Assembly (NCBI GenBank): GCA_030141605.1
Contig: JAQGDQ010000966.1
Coordinates: 10,864 to 74,863 of the forward strand
DNA length: 64,000 nucleotides
Reading direction: 5' to 3'
From: Tubiluchus corallicola
Taxonomy: Eukaryota > Animalia > Priapulida
Shown here: piece by piece, positions 35,853 through 50,139 of the stretch
How the letters are laid out: every line of letters begins with the position of its first letter
How positions within the stretch are numbered: position 1 is the first letter of the stretch
Program-made: the position numbers and the translations under genes
The notes under the pieces: model-generated
What the model saw: only the letters and a program-made list of their open reading frames with translations
Told to the model about the DNA's origin: nothing
The model's database searches: none

Positions 35853-37318
35853 GTTCTCATTCTTAGTTTAAGTTTATGAAGTTTATTTACTATTATTTAT
35901 TATTATTATTATTATTATTATTTAATTAACTTGCTTGTTATAAATATTATATTGTGATATTGTTTGGATTTATTATTTTGTGTGTCAAAGGAAATGTCAA
36001 GCCTTCTGGGAAGTTGGGCTTATTTCGAGAAAAACTTTAGGCTGGCCACAAAAAAATGTTTCTGTCTTTCCGCGTGAGTAAGATTTTAGTGGCTTAAAAG
36101 TTTTTAGTGGGAAGGGAAGAAAATTTTTTGAGCTTTGTGTTAGGGAAGGAGGAAAAAATTAAACTTTATGAATATTTAAAGCTGAATCGTGCAATATCTG
36201 AAATTAGTTGAAATCAAAAAGTTTGTTTATTTTGCACTGTTTGACAGGAAATGTTTTAAATCTTTTCAATGAACATTTTTTCACGCTTTGTTTTTTAGTT
36301 CCACATTACTAAATTATCTGAACTCAGTTGAAATCAAAGTTTGTTTATTTTGCAGTGGTTGGCTGGAAATGTTTTAAATTTTTTCAATGAACATTTTCCC
36401 CTCTTTGTTTTTTAGTTTCGCATCACTAAGTTATCGTATAATTGTCGATTATTGTATAGTCTCTTTTTTGAATCACGAACATGTATGTTCTGATAATTAT
36501 GTTATAAGCGGCAACACTACTCTACTCAGATTTGGTGGAAAATTCGACAGCTATTTAGCCTCCGAAACGTTGTGAAACAAGGCCGAAACTTTCGTAGAAA
36601 ATAACGTAAAAGAAACGATTCTCGTTCCAGAGGAAAAATCGGTGCTGGTTAAAACATGTGTCTCAAACATTTTATGAGTTTTATTCATATTTCTACTGAT
36701 TAATTTCTTTCTGTTTGCGTGAAACCACCTATATGTCTTACTCACTAATACAGAGCTGTAGAGCTGTAGCTGGTTTCTCTTTCGTTAACGTTTGAGCCTA
36801 GGTAAGGTTAAACAACAAACACTGCAGAGTCAAAGGGAAGCCTGGGGGCGACCTTGAGAATTTTATTTAGTCTGGTTGCTATAGCAACAGGTTGCACGCA
36901 TAAAGTTTGCTCGCTGGTCTCACTTGATATAAACGGCCAGCACCTAGTGGTCAGTCGGGAAGCAAAAACGTATAATAATCACACTGTTTACATTACTAGT
37001 GTATCTTTCAATGTAATATGTGCTGTTTTAATGCATCAAATTGTTGATAAAATAAAAATTTGCCTAGAGCAAAATAAAAAATCACTGTTAAAGTGAAACG
37101 GGCATTGTTAAGTGAAAAAAAGGTCGCAACTGATCAGCATCGTTAATACGAAACGTCGTTAAACGGGGAGTCATTAAGCGAGGACTCTTTGTACTTCATA
37201 GAGACTGATGAAACTGGACAATCTAATTATGATGATGTAATTAGCGTCCACAGTATTAGTTTGTTTTCCCCATACGGTGCAGCCGACTAATTATAAGCCA
37301 TTTTGTGTTTCGTTTCAG

Positions 37319-37467
37319 CACTTTCAAGTTGCCGGAAGTGCAAGTTGCAGTGGGGACTGTGAGACCCGCCAACGCCCAGCCATTTATCAGTGCCAAGTCC
37401 AAGTCTCTTGCGTATTCTCCGTCGGTCTCGACCGCATTGCCTCTGTATGCAGTGGCGGGAATAGTCG
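37319..37467 (+). CDS. CFAP43: CFAP43 exon 6 (TFKLPE..LPLYAVAGIV)
   Basis: tttcag/gtatgt, phase 2-1; human LPLSAIAGLVG. Confidence 0.88.
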
Positions 37468-37481
37468 GTATGTCAAAATTC

Positions 37482-37797
37482 TTAACATGCTACAAACAGT
37501 TGTTAAGGAATAAGCGAAATTTCCAACACGCTACACACAATTGTCAAGTAATAAACAAAAATACCAATACGTTTACAAACAATTGTTAAGGAATGACCAA
37601 AATTACCAACATGCTACAAACAGTTGTTGAGGAATGAGCAAAATTGCCAACACACTACAAACAGTTGATAAGGAATGGGAAAAATTTGCCAACATGCTAC
37701 AAACAGTTGTTAAGAAATGAGCAAAATTCCCAACACGCTACAAACAGTTGTTAAGAAATGAGCAAAATTCCCAACATGCTACAAACATTTGTTAATG
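37482..37797 (+). repeat. ~43-bp minisatellite (CCAACATGCTACAAACAGTTGTTAAGGAATGAGCAAAATT), about 7 copies
   Basis: Direct reading; starts ~15 nt after the exon 6 donor. Confidence 0.9.
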
Positions 37798-38413
37798 GAA
37801 AACCAGAAGATAGTGTAAACACTAGTTCAAAATAAAGTATGTTCTAAAATATTTAAAACTACAATCGTTTTTTTAAATAAAAGCTTAGAATAAATAATAT
37901 TTACCTCGGATAGTTAAATTTTGTTAAACTTTCAAAGTCACGAGTGGCTCAGTGGAATTCACTAAAACTGGCAATGGCATCTTTTTGTCACATTCGAGTG
38001 GCCGACAAATAGGTGTGGTACCCTGATAGGCATGATCGTGAAGTGCAATGCTCGTCTGTGATGTCAGTGTGACATAGAGTTCGCTTTCTTGACATGATAT
38101 CACCATCTTATAGCAATCTTTGTTTACAAAACGAGTTCGACGCACAGGGAAGATGCTTGCCATTGCATAAGCTGTCGTTAGTTTGTGACATTAGTGATAG
38201 CTGTTTTCGGTTGTCGTTAATTAACACTCCAAGCTAATTTCAAATATTAGAAAAAATTGCTAACTTTTATAGGCAAGAAAATGTATAATTTAGGCAGTAA
38301 ATTAAAATGAGATTGAGTCTAGTCAATCGTCCGGTTTTCCTTTAAGTTGCGGTGTGAGAGTTCGAAGCCTTGCTTGGGCAAGTGACTTGAGCTCTTGGAT
38401 TTTCTTGCCTATA

Positions 38414-39012
38414 ATCGGGCCCACCTGGACGAATGGGGGGCGAAAAACCTTCAAAAATGGCCATTTTTCAGTCGTTTTTTGCAAATTTGCAAAACTTATA
38501 CCTCTTATTTCTGAAGAACTGGAATGAGCCGGGGGCGGTGCCAGCCATGGTTAGATAGCCCGTCCAGCTGTGGGTGTCATAGGTGTATTTAGAATTCGTG
38601 AGAGGGCCATGGCGTCCCACAACGGGCGTTTTCCCGGACCCAACTCGTGATTTTTTCGAAATTTTGACCAAACAGCCTGCGGAAAAAACGTTCTGGCGGT
38701 GCCTGGTGGGACTCTCGGAAGGCGATATATAGCTCTTTAGAAGGATGAAGAACAGGGCTACACGATGTTAGGACACGTCCACCAAGAGGAGTGCCAGCGA
38801 GTTAATTAGATGTTCCATTTTCGGCAATTTTCGCTTGGAAAACTGCTGAACCAAAGCCATTGCTGACGCCATCCATTATACTCTGTCTATAACTTTAATT
38901 CAGTAAAAACTGCTGCTGGCTTTGCGTTATAAATAAGGACTATGTAGGATGTTTGCGTATTTTTGATTATAAGTGGGTTTATAAGCAAAATTTTTTGTGG
39001 GGCCTTTGCTAG
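38414..39012 (+). mobile_element. 5'-truncated copy of the non-autonomous Helitron; a second 3' end at ~39527-39669
   Basis: Homologous to 61150-61799; both end GGGGCCTTTGCTAG|T. Confidence 0.8.
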
Positions 39013-39671
39013 TTATTATTATTATTTTTTTTTGTTTATGAAAACCAATGTAAAAAATTGGTCCTTGAAATGCGATAACGAAAGTTGTTATGCTGGGTGC
39101 GAGCATATGTCTATAGGCTGTACTGAAGCATATCGCTAAGCAGCGGCCGACCAGCTAAGTGGCACCTGGCAATTGTTAGTATATGTAGTTTGTACTAGAG
39201 ACAAAAGAATTATATAAGAATGTGAAAAAGGAAAAGTAAGGTAGGTCAGCAAGAACAGGACAGCATTAAAAAAATAGTTTGGAGAAAGAGGGTCATGGGA
39301 GCAGGTTCACACATCATAGCTTTAGTTTTTGAGAGGTGATTTTATTTCATTTTTGTAAGAGTGTAATTAGTAATTATAAATGGTTGTGTTAATGGAGAGA
39401 ATTTTTTATACTTATATTTATAATATTTTGCAAGTTATGGAGGAGTCAGGAATACAAAACACGAATACAAATACATGGTTTTTTTTTGGAGTCCTCAGGA
39501 GGAGACTTGAGAGACGAATTTCGGCTCCATTATACTCTGTGTATAACTTTAATTCAGTAAAAACTGCTGCTGGCTTTGCGTTATAAATAAGGACTATAAA
39601 ATAGGATGTTTGCATATTTTTGATTATAAGTGGGTTTATAAGCAAAATTTTTTGTGGGGCCTTTGCTAGTT

Positions 39672-39702
<31 letters not shown>

Positions 39703-39725
39703 TTATTATTAACTTATTGATTTAG

Positions 39726-39847
39726 GCCCACTTGCTGAGAATTTTGAAGTAGATCTGTATGGCGATCCTACGATGAAATCGGTTAGTTGCTGCTGGACTC
39801 CACAGGGAGACATTTACTGCAGTTGCCAAGACAACCAGCTGCTGAAG
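39726..39847 (+). CDS. CFAP43: CFAP43 exon 7 (GPLAENF..CCWTPQGDIYCSCQDNQLLK)
   Basis: atttag/gtatta, phase 1-0; human HCWTPTSDLYIGC. Confidence 0.9.
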
Positions 39848-40652
39848 GTATTAGTTCATAGGTATTTCTCAGCTTGACATGAAAAGAAAAGTTAGGGATT
39901 GCTGCGTTTACTTGACACAAGGCTAACATGCTTGGTCGAATTTCTTTGTATATTCAATGAAAAACCGATTGCTTACAGAAAAAAGCTTTCTATCTTAAAC
40001 TACGGCACAAAGCAATCTGTCCTGTCGAAATCCTTGAAAATAACGTACTATTTTTTTCAACAATGACTTACATGAAAGAATTATTGCCATGCAAACGCGA
40101 TTTCACGTTCTGGCCACTAGTTCTTCGCTGTTACATGCATTTTGCCATTCACTAGTTAGATGGGCTCTAGCGCCTGCATTTTGAAGTCTTTCACAAAAGA
40201 CAACTGCTCTAAGTTCGGAAGTGTTCAGTTGTGACGTACAACACACGTTCGACAGCTCATGCATGAGTGCATCAGTAAATTTGAAATTTGAATTTGAAAC
40301 CTAAAATTGCCGAGTTTTTGCACAACACACTGAATGTTGTACAGTAGTACTGAACTTCAATTTTCGCTTCTCGCAAACACGTGCAACACGTTCGTGGAAC
40401 AATATGTGCTGTTGAAAATTATGTTAGTTTGTGATGTCATCAATAGTTTGGTTCGCCTGCTGTTAATTAAGTTTTTATCCTACTAAATAGTCATTAGAAA
40501 TGCTTTAGAATTATCACAGGTATTAAAATGTATACTTTTTTACAATGCTTTTCAGCAGGATAGGATATGAAAAATCATTCTGTTTTCCTTCAATTTGGAT
40601 TAGTGTGATATTTTTCAAATGATTGTTCTTAATTTCTTCATCTCGTTGGCAG

Positions 40653-40781
40653 CTGAACGTGGAACAGAATTCAGTGGAGGTGATATTAAATCCGTGTTCT
40701 GAGGAGCGCAACCGTTCACCAGAAACCACTTCACTTGAGCTGCTTGGGCTTCACAAGAATGGTTTGTTTGCAGCTGGAAAG
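40653..40781 (+). CDS. CFAP43: CFAP43 exon 8 (LNVEQNSVEV..LHKNGLFAAGK)
   Basis: tggcag/gtaaaa, phase 0-0. Confidence 0.85.
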
Positions 40782-41959
40782 GTAAAAAACTATTTATTTG
40801 TCTTGTAGTAAATTAAAAAAAACAAGTTGACAAGTTAAGTTTTTTATTCCATGCACATAAAAACATCTCGGTTTGCCGAATAAAAGCGGAGAGACGTTGG
40901 TCAGAATTTCACATTGTCCGTATTTACTGACACTAAGCTAATACAGTAGGCGCCGTGTATTAGACTCACTGTAACGTAGAATCAGTCACCTAATTGTTTC
41001 AGGAGTGCCTAGCACGGGCCGCTCCTGTGCAAAAGTATATAAAAACTGTCTGCAATTATTAGACTCACTGTAACGTAGAATCAATCGCCTACTTGTCTCA
41101 AAACCATCTAGTACAGGTCACTTCTTTGCAAAAGTATATAAAAACTGTCGGCAATTGACTCGAATAACTCCACGTAATTGATTCTATAATTTCTCAAAGT
41201 GACTGTCTCCTAACTAGCAGTCAGCTCGGGAAACAAAGGTCTCTGTCCGTAGCATGCCGGACTTTTTACGCACCAGATTTCGTTTGAATTTTTCGATATC
41301 CATAAAAGCGAGGTCCGACAAACCGAGATACACGACTTTGTTTTTTAATTTTAATACAGGGAAGTATTTTATAACACACCGCAAGCAGTTACCGAGCTCT
41401 GCTTTTATATAAGTGCCACATAATGAACAGTTGCAAGGTTTACACAACAAATAGCCGCAGTCTACTTGAATATAGGCGCCTTGCAAATACGTGTAGTTAA
41501 TAATGACCACGTAGAAACTAGGCTAATAGTGTTTCTAATACACTACAAGTAATTGTTTGACCAGCCCATTACATAAAGACCAATGAATTCACAATAGAGA
41601 TGGGCGGGACAGAATTATCAGCCTAGGGTGTTGTGAAGTCTTGACAAAGCCCCGCTTATATGTACAATTATGCACTGTAATTGTATTGAAATAAATAAAT
41701 AACTTTTATTCATTAATCTTAGATGCTAACACTTGATTAATTTGCTTTGTGATATCGTTGTCATCTGCAAGCTATTAATGCTTTCAATTCTTTCAACAAA
41801 AGAGCATCTTTTCCACTAATTTTAACTAGTCCACCATCACTTTCACGATAATTGTAATAAAGTTTTGATTACTACAACAACCTGGTAATTTGTTAATCTA
41901 AGTCATGTTAATTAGTAGCAGCTAAATTTGTCAATGATTAAAACTCCGAATTTTTTCAG

Positions 41960-42094
41960 GACGGGAACTTGCAGCTGTTGGACGTCGACAAAAAGGGTGA
42001 AGTAAACGTAAAACATATGATGAATTTAGAGCGGCCTGCAACGAGCCTCACCTTCACTTCGGATTACCTGTTTGTCGTGATCGGAAACAGCCGG
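41960..42094 (+). CDS. CFAP43: CFAP43 exon 9 (DGNLQLLDVD..LTFTSDYLFVVIGNSR)
   Basis: tttcag/gtaccc, phase 0-0, WD40-like. Confidence 0.85.
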
Positions 42095-42371
42095 GTACCC
42101 ATCTAGTGATCACATTTTTCCTTTCACTTTCACAAAAAATGGTTTTAAGCACACCTCAACATTTCTGTGGTTCTCTGTTGTCTAATAATATGGATTGCAA
42201 AGGTTGCCCTTACTGAATTGGTGGTGGAGAGAGCTGTCTTGAAAAACGTTTCGTCGTTTAAATACGCCAGCAAATTTTACACAGTGAGCGAAGACGTACA
42301 TTTAGGGAAGACGTACAGGAATCAGAATGCTGAGCATCAGTGTTGCAGATAGAAAGTTAACCAATGTTTTT

Positions 42372-42860
42372 TCGGTAGTCACTTATCCAGGCACTGACCA
42401 ATCTGGGTGTTGCTTAACTTTTGCAGCTTAGCACAGAATGAGACAACTAAGCTAATTACCTTATCATAATGGCATTTTTTTAATTAATAAAATTATTAAA
42501 TAAGATAGGTGTGGTCACCTGTCCAGGCACTGACCAATCTAGGTGTTGTTTAACCTTCGTTGCTTAGCACAGAAAAACACCACTCAGCTAATCACTTCAT
42601 CTTAAAGGTGTTTTTTTAATTAATTGAATTATTTAATAAGATAGGAGTGGTCAGCTATCCAAGCACTGACCACTCTAGGTGTTTCTTAACTTTCGTTGCT
42701 TAGCGCAGAATGCGACCACTCAGCGTAAAAACCTCATTGTAATGGTGTTTTTATAATTAATATAATTATTATTAAGAGAGAAGTGGTCACCTACCCCAGG
42801 CACTGACCAGTCTAGGTGTTGCTTACTTTCATTGCTTAGCGCAGAATCTGACCACTCAGT
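42372..42860 (-). repeat. ~136-bp tandem repeat (about 3.6 units) derived from 5S rRNA
   Basis: Minus strand AAGTTAAGCAACACC.AGA.TGGTCAGTGCCTGGA.AGGTGACCAC parallels 5S box A-IE-box C; units at ~42375, 42511, 42647, 42783. Confidence 0.75.
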
Positions 42861-42888
42861 ATTGTCAAGGTGTTTTCTTGCATTTTAG

Positions 42889-43005
42889 GGTACCATACAA
42901 TTAGTGCATACGGACAGCATGGAGATTGAAAAGGAATGGTTCTCTCCGCAGTCCGAACATTTTATCGACGTTTCCTGCCTGTGCGCCGGAAATCAATACT
43001 GCTTG
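42889..43005 (+). CDS. CFAP43: CFAP43 exon 10 (GTIQLVHTD..CAGNQYCL)
   Basis: ttttag/gtaatt, phase 0-0. Confidence 0.85.
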
Positions 43006-43144
43006 GTAATTAATTCCGCAATCTGTTCTGCTGGTAAATCTAATGCTAATTAATTATGCAACGTGTTGCCACTGTCTAATGGTCATTGCTATTGCCAAAT
43101 ATAGTGAGCCTTACTTCTTGCGATTGGGTTAAAATTGAACCTTT

Positions 43145-44097
43145 GCTTTCATGAAGAAGGCAAATTTACTTTACTTTAGATGGTCTAAAGTTTTCATAGA
43201 AAAGGCCATTTTTTACTTTAGCTGGTCTAATGCTTTCGTGAAAAATGCAAATTTTGCTTACTGTAGATGGTCTAAAGTTTTCCTAAAAAGGCCATTTCTC
43301 TTTACTTTAGGTGGTCTAAAGTTTTCGTGAAAAGGGCAATTTTTCCTTAGTGTACTTGGTCTAAAGTTTTCATAAAATGGTAATTTTCCCTTTCTGTAGA
43401 TGGCCTAAAGTTTTCCTAAAAAAGGCCATTTTTCTTTACTTTGGATGGGCTAAAGTTTTCATGAAAAGTTAATTTTTCTTTACTTTGGATAGTCTAAAGT
43501 TTTCATAAAAAGGTAATTTTTCTTTACTTTGGACAGTCTAAAGTTTTCATAAAAAGGTAATTTTTCTTTACTTTGGATAGTCTAAAGTTTTCATAAAAAG
43601 GTAATTTTTCTTTACTTTGGATGGTCTAAAGTTTTCATAAAAAGGTAATTTTTCTTTACTTTGGATAGTCTAAAGTTTTCATAAAAAGGTAATTTTTCTT
43701 TACTTTGGATGGTCTAAAGTTTTCATAGAAAAGGCCATTTTTTACTTTAGCTGGTCTAATGCTTTCGTGAAAAATGCAAATTTTGCTTATTGTAGGTGGT
43801 CTAAAGTTTTCCTAAAAAGGCCATTTCTCTTTACTTTAGGTGGTCTAAAGTTTTTGTGAAAAAGGCAATTTTCGTTACTTTAGATGGGCTAAAGTTTTTT
43901 ATAAAAAGGCAGTTTTTCCTTACTTTAGATGGGCTAAAGTTTTTATAAAAAGGGAATTTTTCCTTACTGTAGATGGGTTTAAGTTTTTGTTAAAAAGGCA
44001 ATTTCCCTTTACTTTAGATGGTATAAAGCTTCCGTAAAAAAGGCAATTTCTCTTTACTCTAGATGGTATAAAGCTTCCGCAAAAAAGGCAATTTTTC
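43145..44097 (+). repeat. ~43-bp minisatellite (TTACTTTGGATGGTCTAAAGTTTTCATAAAAAGGTAATTTTTCT), about 22 copies
   Basis: Direct reading. Confidence 0.95.
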
Positions 44098-44888
44098 ATT
44101 TTATTTCATTCATTACTTATTATTATTTATTAGGCACAAGAACTAAATAAATACATTTTATACAAGAGCAAAAGTAAGCAGTAAAATTATGCAGCCATAA
44201 TCAATTCGAAGATTGTGCCTACCACCGTGTGCCATGAATGTCAGCAACAGATCACTGCCTGTCATTCATTGAGCAGTAGACACATAGAACTAAAATCAAA
44301 AATTACATCGTATGAAATTAGATAAAATATCAAGCAGAAATTACTTAAAATACAAAAAATGTCTACAAATAGGATTAATTTCCTTACTTTAGTTGATCTA
44401 AAATTCGTTGCATGCGACACTTTTTTACTGAATCAAACAGATTCCATGCTTATCTGTAATTACTATGCGTATAATACGGTGGATTCAAACCATGTAAGCA
44501 CTTTGAAGTTATTGCATATTGATCCGACGACCAATTTTGCATAAACGCGGTTAAACATGAACATTTTAATCAGCTAGAGTAAGCGAATGTCCAAGTGAAC
44601 TGCAGTGCGTTTGTGCTGTCCATCACCTCAGCTTACGTCATTTATTTTGAAATGTGTCCGTTTGGCGGGAGGCACGAACGATTCTAGTTTCTTTGCATTT
44701 TTAACCAAGGTATTTATATGAATTTTCTATGTAGTAGTTGCAATATTTTTATGCATATTGAAATAAAACGAAACTCGTTCGAGGATTGGCTTTTCCTTTA
44801 ACTAAGTTTTTGGACTCCTAAACGTATTTTGTATAACTTTTTGTTTTGCGGTAAATTTGCTTTACTAATTCAATGTTGTTTTTAACAG

Positions 44889-44969
44889 TCGCTGTGTGAG
44901 AGCGGACTACTTCAATGTTGGTCGTTACCTAATTGTAACCAGGTTGGATGTTTTTCTCTTGGTATATCG
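44889..44969 (+). CDS. CFAP43: CFAP43 exon 11 (SLCESGLLQCWSLPNCNQVGCFSLGIS)
   Basis: taacag/gtacgt, phase 0-0. Confidence 0.85.
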
Positions 44970-45079
44970 GTACGTGTTCGAATAATTGATCATTTGTTTG
45001 TCCATTGTTGATGTCTAATGCTTTAATGCTTAAATCTGTAAATGATTTCTGTCTAAGTTTTGAAAGTAATTGTTTAGTT

Positions 45080-45246
45080 ACAACAGCAGTAGAAGCAGCA
45101 GCGACAACAAGAGCGACAACGACATACTATGACAATGATGACGACACTGACAACAGCAACAGCAACTACAACAACAGCAATAAAAACAACAGCAACAGAA
45201 GCAGAAGCAACAGCAATAGCAGCAGCAAACAACAACAACGACAATG

Positions 45247-45303
<57 letters not shown>

Positions 45304-45419
45304 TCATCATCATCATCATCAAGAATAACAACAGTAACAACAACAACGACAATGACATACTACAACAACGATAACCACTACTACAACAATGGCAACAACA
45401 ACCTCAACAACAGCAACAG

Positions 45420-45486
<67 letters not shown>

Positions 45487-45675
45487 GTGATCGTCATCAT
45501 GATCGTCATCATGATCGTCATCATGATCGTCATCATCATCATCATCACCATCATTATCATTATCATCATCATCATCAATCAATAACAACAAAACAACAAC
45601 AACTTCAACAGCAATGGCATGAACAGCAACAACAACTCCACAGCAGCAGCAAGAACAGCAATAACAACAACTACA
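45080..45675 (+). repeat. Compound trinucleotide microsatellite (CAA/CAG/CAT)
   Basis: Direct reading; intronic. Confidence 0.95.
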
Positions 45676-45786
45676 GTGGCAACGCCAAACATAAAATTTA
45701 AGAATGCAAATGAAAAATCCCTGCAGGAAAGCCTCCCATCACGGCTTTTTGAAAGTTCTTTGTTATTGTTTGTTTCTTTGTTCTAG

Positions 45787-45935
45787 TGTACACGATTAGT
45801 GTGCAGTTCATTATTTCCAATCGCTGCTGTCGGCACCAGTGATGGTCAAGTTATCATTGTGGACATGAACGATGTCGAGCATCCAAGGGTTGTTCATACC
45901 GTTTGCTTGTTTGAAGGAGCAGTCAAACAATTATT
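45787..45935 (+). CDS. CFAP43: CFAP43 exon 12 (CTRLVCSSLFPIAAVGTSDGQVIIVDMNDVEHPRVVH..)
   Basis: ttctag/gtaagt, phase 0-2; human AAVGTEDGSVYF. Confidence 0.92.
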
Positions 45936-46084
45936 GTAAGTATTAGTGTAAGCATTCCTCTTATGCTGCAAATGCTGAAGTGGTGCTAGGGTCGGCTGTG
46001 CTTAATTTCTCACTGATGTCATAAGCTCTATTGGTGTGTCTATGTTATCGCATTGGTTAGGTTGTAGTATTCTGTTGTGCTAAA

Positions 46085-46928
<844 letters not shown>

Positions 46929-47204
46929 AAAACGTAAAAATGTATATATGTAATAATTTTTAAGTTTAGCATTCCCATCTGTATAATTTCTGAAATTCTG
47001 ACTTGCATTTCTAATAGCGAAATTTGACCAGATGAAAATGACTATGGCAACTGTTCTTTTCCGATTTTTGAGTGTTTTGAGCAGAGCTACATGTAGCACG
47101 TAGCTGTAGTATAGTGTAGCATAAGGCATGATAGTGCATTGCAGTGCAGTGTAGTGAAAGGCTTTTTATTGCTGTCAAATTAATGGTTTTTCTTTTGTTT
47201 GCAG

Positions 47205-47314
47205 GTTTGACCATGAAGGGAGCTTCCTCATTTGTGTCGACATGGAAGAGAAGAGTTTTGTTTACGTTCTAAGTGGAAAGGCAGAGGATAATTTTGATGT
47301 TGTGGGTCGCCTAG
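47205..47314 (+). CDS. CFAP43: CFAP43 exon 13 (FDHEGSFLIC..NFDVVGRL)
   Basis: ttgcag/gtaaca, phase 2-1. Confidence 0.9.
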
Positions 47315-47682
47315 GTAACAGTGTTTTTTGTTGTGGGGGTCAACTAGGTAACAGCATTTTTTGTTGTGGGTCACCTAGGTAACAGTATTTTTTGTTGTGG
47401 ATCGCCTATAGGTAGCAGCATTTTTTGTTGTGGGTTGCCTAGATAACAGCATTTTTTGTTGAGGGTCACCTAATTAACAGCGTTTTTTGTTGTGGGTCAC
47501 TTGGGTAACAGCATTTTGTGTTGTGGGTCACCTAGGTAACAGAATTTTTTTTGTGGGTTGCCTAGGTAACAGCATTTTTTTGTTGTGGGTGGCCTAGGTA
47601 ACAGCTTTTTTGTTGTGGGTCGTCTAGGTAACAGCATTTTTCTTGTGGGTCACCTACGTAACAACATTTTTTTGTTGTGGGT
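47300..47682 (+). repeat. ~31-bp tandem repeat of the exon 13 end plus donor (TTGTGGGTCGCCTAG|GTAACAG..), about 12 copies
   Basis: Direct reading. Confidence 0.93.
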
Positions 47683-48340
47683 CTTTATAGCAATTTTATG
47701 CGTATATCGTACTTGAGTTGAAAATTATTTTTTGTTTGGTTTTCATCTTAAATTTCTAGCAACACTGTTCCTATCACGTCGTTACATGACGTCATATACG
47801 CAAATGTAAATCAGGAGAAGAAATGGAAATGTTAAACTTTGTACCAAAAATCTTTCCATGCAAATCTATATTACTTAGCATTTCGCTTACTTGCTGGAAA
47901 AACTTATGTAATTAGAAAAGAAAATGTTAAGTAGTTAACAGAAGCCAAATAGGTCATGAATAAGCAGACCGGTAAAGAAATTCATACAGTAAATCATGAA
48001 CTAATTATCATTTACAAAAGCCAAATACTTAATGAGTAAGCAGACAGGTAGAAAAGAAATTGATACAGTAACAAACAGCTAAGTGTTTGAAAATAACATT
48101 AAATGAATTGAACTGCTTTGCACATTAAGAGAAGACTTATTAGTGTACATAGATAAACTTTCTTTTATTAATAAGTCCTAGTCCCAGAAAAAGAATATTT
48201 TTTGATACTTAGTCAATTTTTTACGATAGGCATTCGAAATTTGAGTCCCGTTTGCTAGACATAATAAAATTGTGTTTTTTTGGCCACAAATCATTGGTTT
48301 ATTTGAAATGGTTTATTTTACGTTGCTTTAATTTGCACAG

Positions 48341-48487
48341 ACTCGGACGGCTACATACAAGATATAGGCACGTCAACAGACTCCGAGGGTCTCGCTACCT
48401 TCATACTCCTCGTTAGTGAGGGACAATTTGAGGCAGGCGGCGACACGATCATCGAATTTCACTTGCATTCGGACATTACTATAGACG
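48341..48487 (+). CDS. CFAP43: CFAP43 exon 14 (DSDGYIQDIG..HSDITID)
   Basis: gcacag/gtaggt, phase 1-1, open. Confidence 0.8.
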
Positions 48488-49270
48488 GTAGGTGTAAATC
48501 GCAAACCAACGCATCGTGCGAATTATTATAGAAATGTGGAAAAAGTTATGAACGGTCTGAATTAGAACCAGGGGCCTTTTACTTACAAAGCAGGTAACTT
48601 AAACTGTCAGGATGATTTTTCATGCACTACCCCATTTTCAAGTTCGATAAAAAGTATACATTTTAACACAATTAATACACAGTTTCTGATAATTAAATAA
48701 TAGATTAAAAATTTAATTAACTGTTTAGTGAGCCCAACTACTGATGACATCACAAACAAACATAATTTTAAACGGCAAAAATGTTCGACGAGCATGTTGC
48801 ACGTGTTTGCAAAGGCAAAAATTGAAGTACAGTGCTACTTTAAGATATTCACTGCGTTGTTCTAAAATTAGGCAAGTTTTAAGATAAAAATTCAAATTTC
48901 AAATTTACCGCTGTACTCACGCATGAGCTGTCGAACGTGTGTAGTTCGTCACAAACTAACACATCTGAACTGAGTTGTACAGCACCAGCTTTTTGTGCAA
49001 TGCGTTTCTGAAATGCAGATGCTAGTGCACGTCTAACTAGCGAATGGAGAAATGCATGTAACAACGAAGAACTAGTGGTGCGAACGTGAAATTGTATTTG
49101 TGTGGTAATAATTCTTTCACGTAAGTCATTTTTGAAAAAAATAGTGTTTATTTTCGATATTTCAAAGACTAGATTTGACCTAGAATTTAAGATTGGGTCT
49201 GGGTTAGCGCTGTTCACACTGCCACTGAAACCTGCAAAAATTTGATCAAAATGCTTTGTCTTATTTCCAG

Positions 49271-49440
49271 AGTTTAAATCCTTGCACAAAAATTCACGAG
49301 CGAATTTCGACGAGTCAAAAATTCACAAGAAAGTGTACCACTTGGAAAAGCATTTGGCTGGACTGGCAATGGACTCGAGAAATACGATCTACACCCAGTG
49401 CTTGACAGATAAAAGCTTCAAAGCATTTCTGTTAACAGAG
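49271..49440 (+). CDS. CFAP43: CFAP43 exon 15 (EFKSLHKNSRANFDESKIHK..FLLTE)
   Basis: ttccag/gtattt, phase 1-0. Confidence 0.82.
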
Positions 49441-50139
49441 GTATTTAGCCCTTATAGGGTCTGGATTTTTTACAACCGATTTTGGTAACCGGGGGGTAAA
49501 TAATTACCACCACCATAATTCGTAAATTACTTTTGATAAACCGCCGTGTTTCACTAGTAAACAGCAACAGCATAATTTGTGGTTATGCTGACCACCATAG
49601 GATACATTATACCTCTGCTTAAATGTGATCATGTGACTTATTAGTATTATGAAATTTAAATTCACTTAGTTACGTTCCCTTATCTATGCTTGAATAACTT
49701 TAGACAACCGACAGTGCTAGCGCGTGTGTAAAAATCATTGTTATTTTGAATTTATTGTCTACTACTTTCTTCTTTTAGGTGGAGTAATTAATGTATAGAC
49801 ATTAATAATGTATAATGTATAATGTATAATGTATAGACAAGCGAAGTAAAGTTTTGACAATTTTAAAAAATCGACGTATTGCATTTTCACTTTTATTACA
49901 TGGTGAGACAATGTGCCTAAAATAAATAACTGAAAGTACTTTGTGTACAAAACATTTAGAAAAAGTCATAGAAAAGGTTTACTGGGATGCGTATGGTAAA
50001 AGGATAAAATACAAAAAACTGGTCTGGGGGTAATTTTTTACTTAGTGATGGTCTGGTGGTATTTAGTGATGTATAGTTACATTTTTTATTATAAAAATCT
50101 TTTTTTGTACTTTAGTTGTAATTTGCTTTTTGCCTTGGT

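Noticed and set aside
36555-36595. GCCT...AGGCCGAAAC, hammerhead-like 3' half
   Set aside because: The CTGANGA core is missing upstream.
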